From the NCBI GenBank assembly GCA_963663765.2, contig CAXXUA010000005.1, positions 1,632,001 through 1,696,000 on the forward strand: a stretch of DNA of 64,000 bases, in the 5' to 3' direction. The DNA comes from Candidatus Poribacteria bacterium. GTDB taxonomy: Bacteria; Poribacteria; WGA-4E; WGA-3G. Both the position numbers and the translations under genes were made by a program. This document shows positions 63,695 to 64,000 of this stretch, piece after piece. Below the pieces are notes generated by a model that ran no database searches, was not told the DNA's origin, and worked only from the letters and a program-made list of their open reading frames with translations. How positions within the stretch are numbered: the stretch's first letter is position 1; every line of letters begins with the position of its first letter.

Positions 63695-64000
63695 ACGAGT
63701 TGTGCTAAATAACTATATGTTAATCATTGTATCACATAAGCATGACGTTTTGCAGGTGTCCTTCATAGGTTGAAACGATCTTCAGTCCCGTAGGGACGAT
63801 ATGTTTATAGAAAAACGGCATAGTACATCCTCTTTAGTCCCGTAGGGACGATATGTTTATAGAAATACGGCATAGTACATCCTCTTTAGTCCCGTAGGGA
63901 CGATATGTTTATAGAAAAACGGCATAGTACATCCTCTTTAGTCCCGTAGGGACGATATGTGTGCATTATAAACCTAAAATATGTAAAAACTTTGAAAACA
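63695..64000 (+). mobile_element. Copy of the ACGAGTTGTGC MITE, cut by the window edge, with uninterrupted REPs
   Basis: Colinear with 1300-1660; four intact agtcccgtagggacgatatg units. Confidence 0.85.

Overview
AT-rich bacterial chromosomal window. Gene content and repeat style suggest Candidatus Poribacteria, but this is an inference. The first ~20 kb is mostly minus-strand: phytanoyl-CoA dioxygenase, hemW, Zn-dehydrogenase, ftsB/divIC, eno, a cytochrome c maturation cluster split by a 2-oxoacid:ferredoxin oxidoreductase, an Rpn-like gene and an IS5 remnant. From 23 kb it is plus-strand: two Gfo/Idh/MocA oxidoreductases, rpsF-ssb-rpsR-rplI-dnaB-mlaEFD-radA-PIN/TRAM-ispDF-cysS-dprA-accA, DUF711, a sulfatase, a type I R-M island, a Schlafen/AlbA_2 protein, STAS, PmoA-like and oxidoreductase genes. 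Two things stand out. (1) The intergenic DNA is a nested hierarchy of selfish elements: many GTAG-type REP hairpin families, several MITE shells that carry them, a MITE that duplicates whole REP hairpins, and 33-36 nt hairpin micro-elements ending in CGTTGATTT that insert mostly after CG with no target duplication, including into each other and themselves. Filled and empty sites are both visible in the window. (2) A SEFIR/TIR protein, a SEFIR/TIR-ABC-ATPase fusion and a DUF4276 protein sit between hsdS and hsdR, a candidate undescribed R-M-guarding defence module. No CRISPR array, tRNA or rRNA was seen. Coordinates were read by eye and may be off by a few bases.
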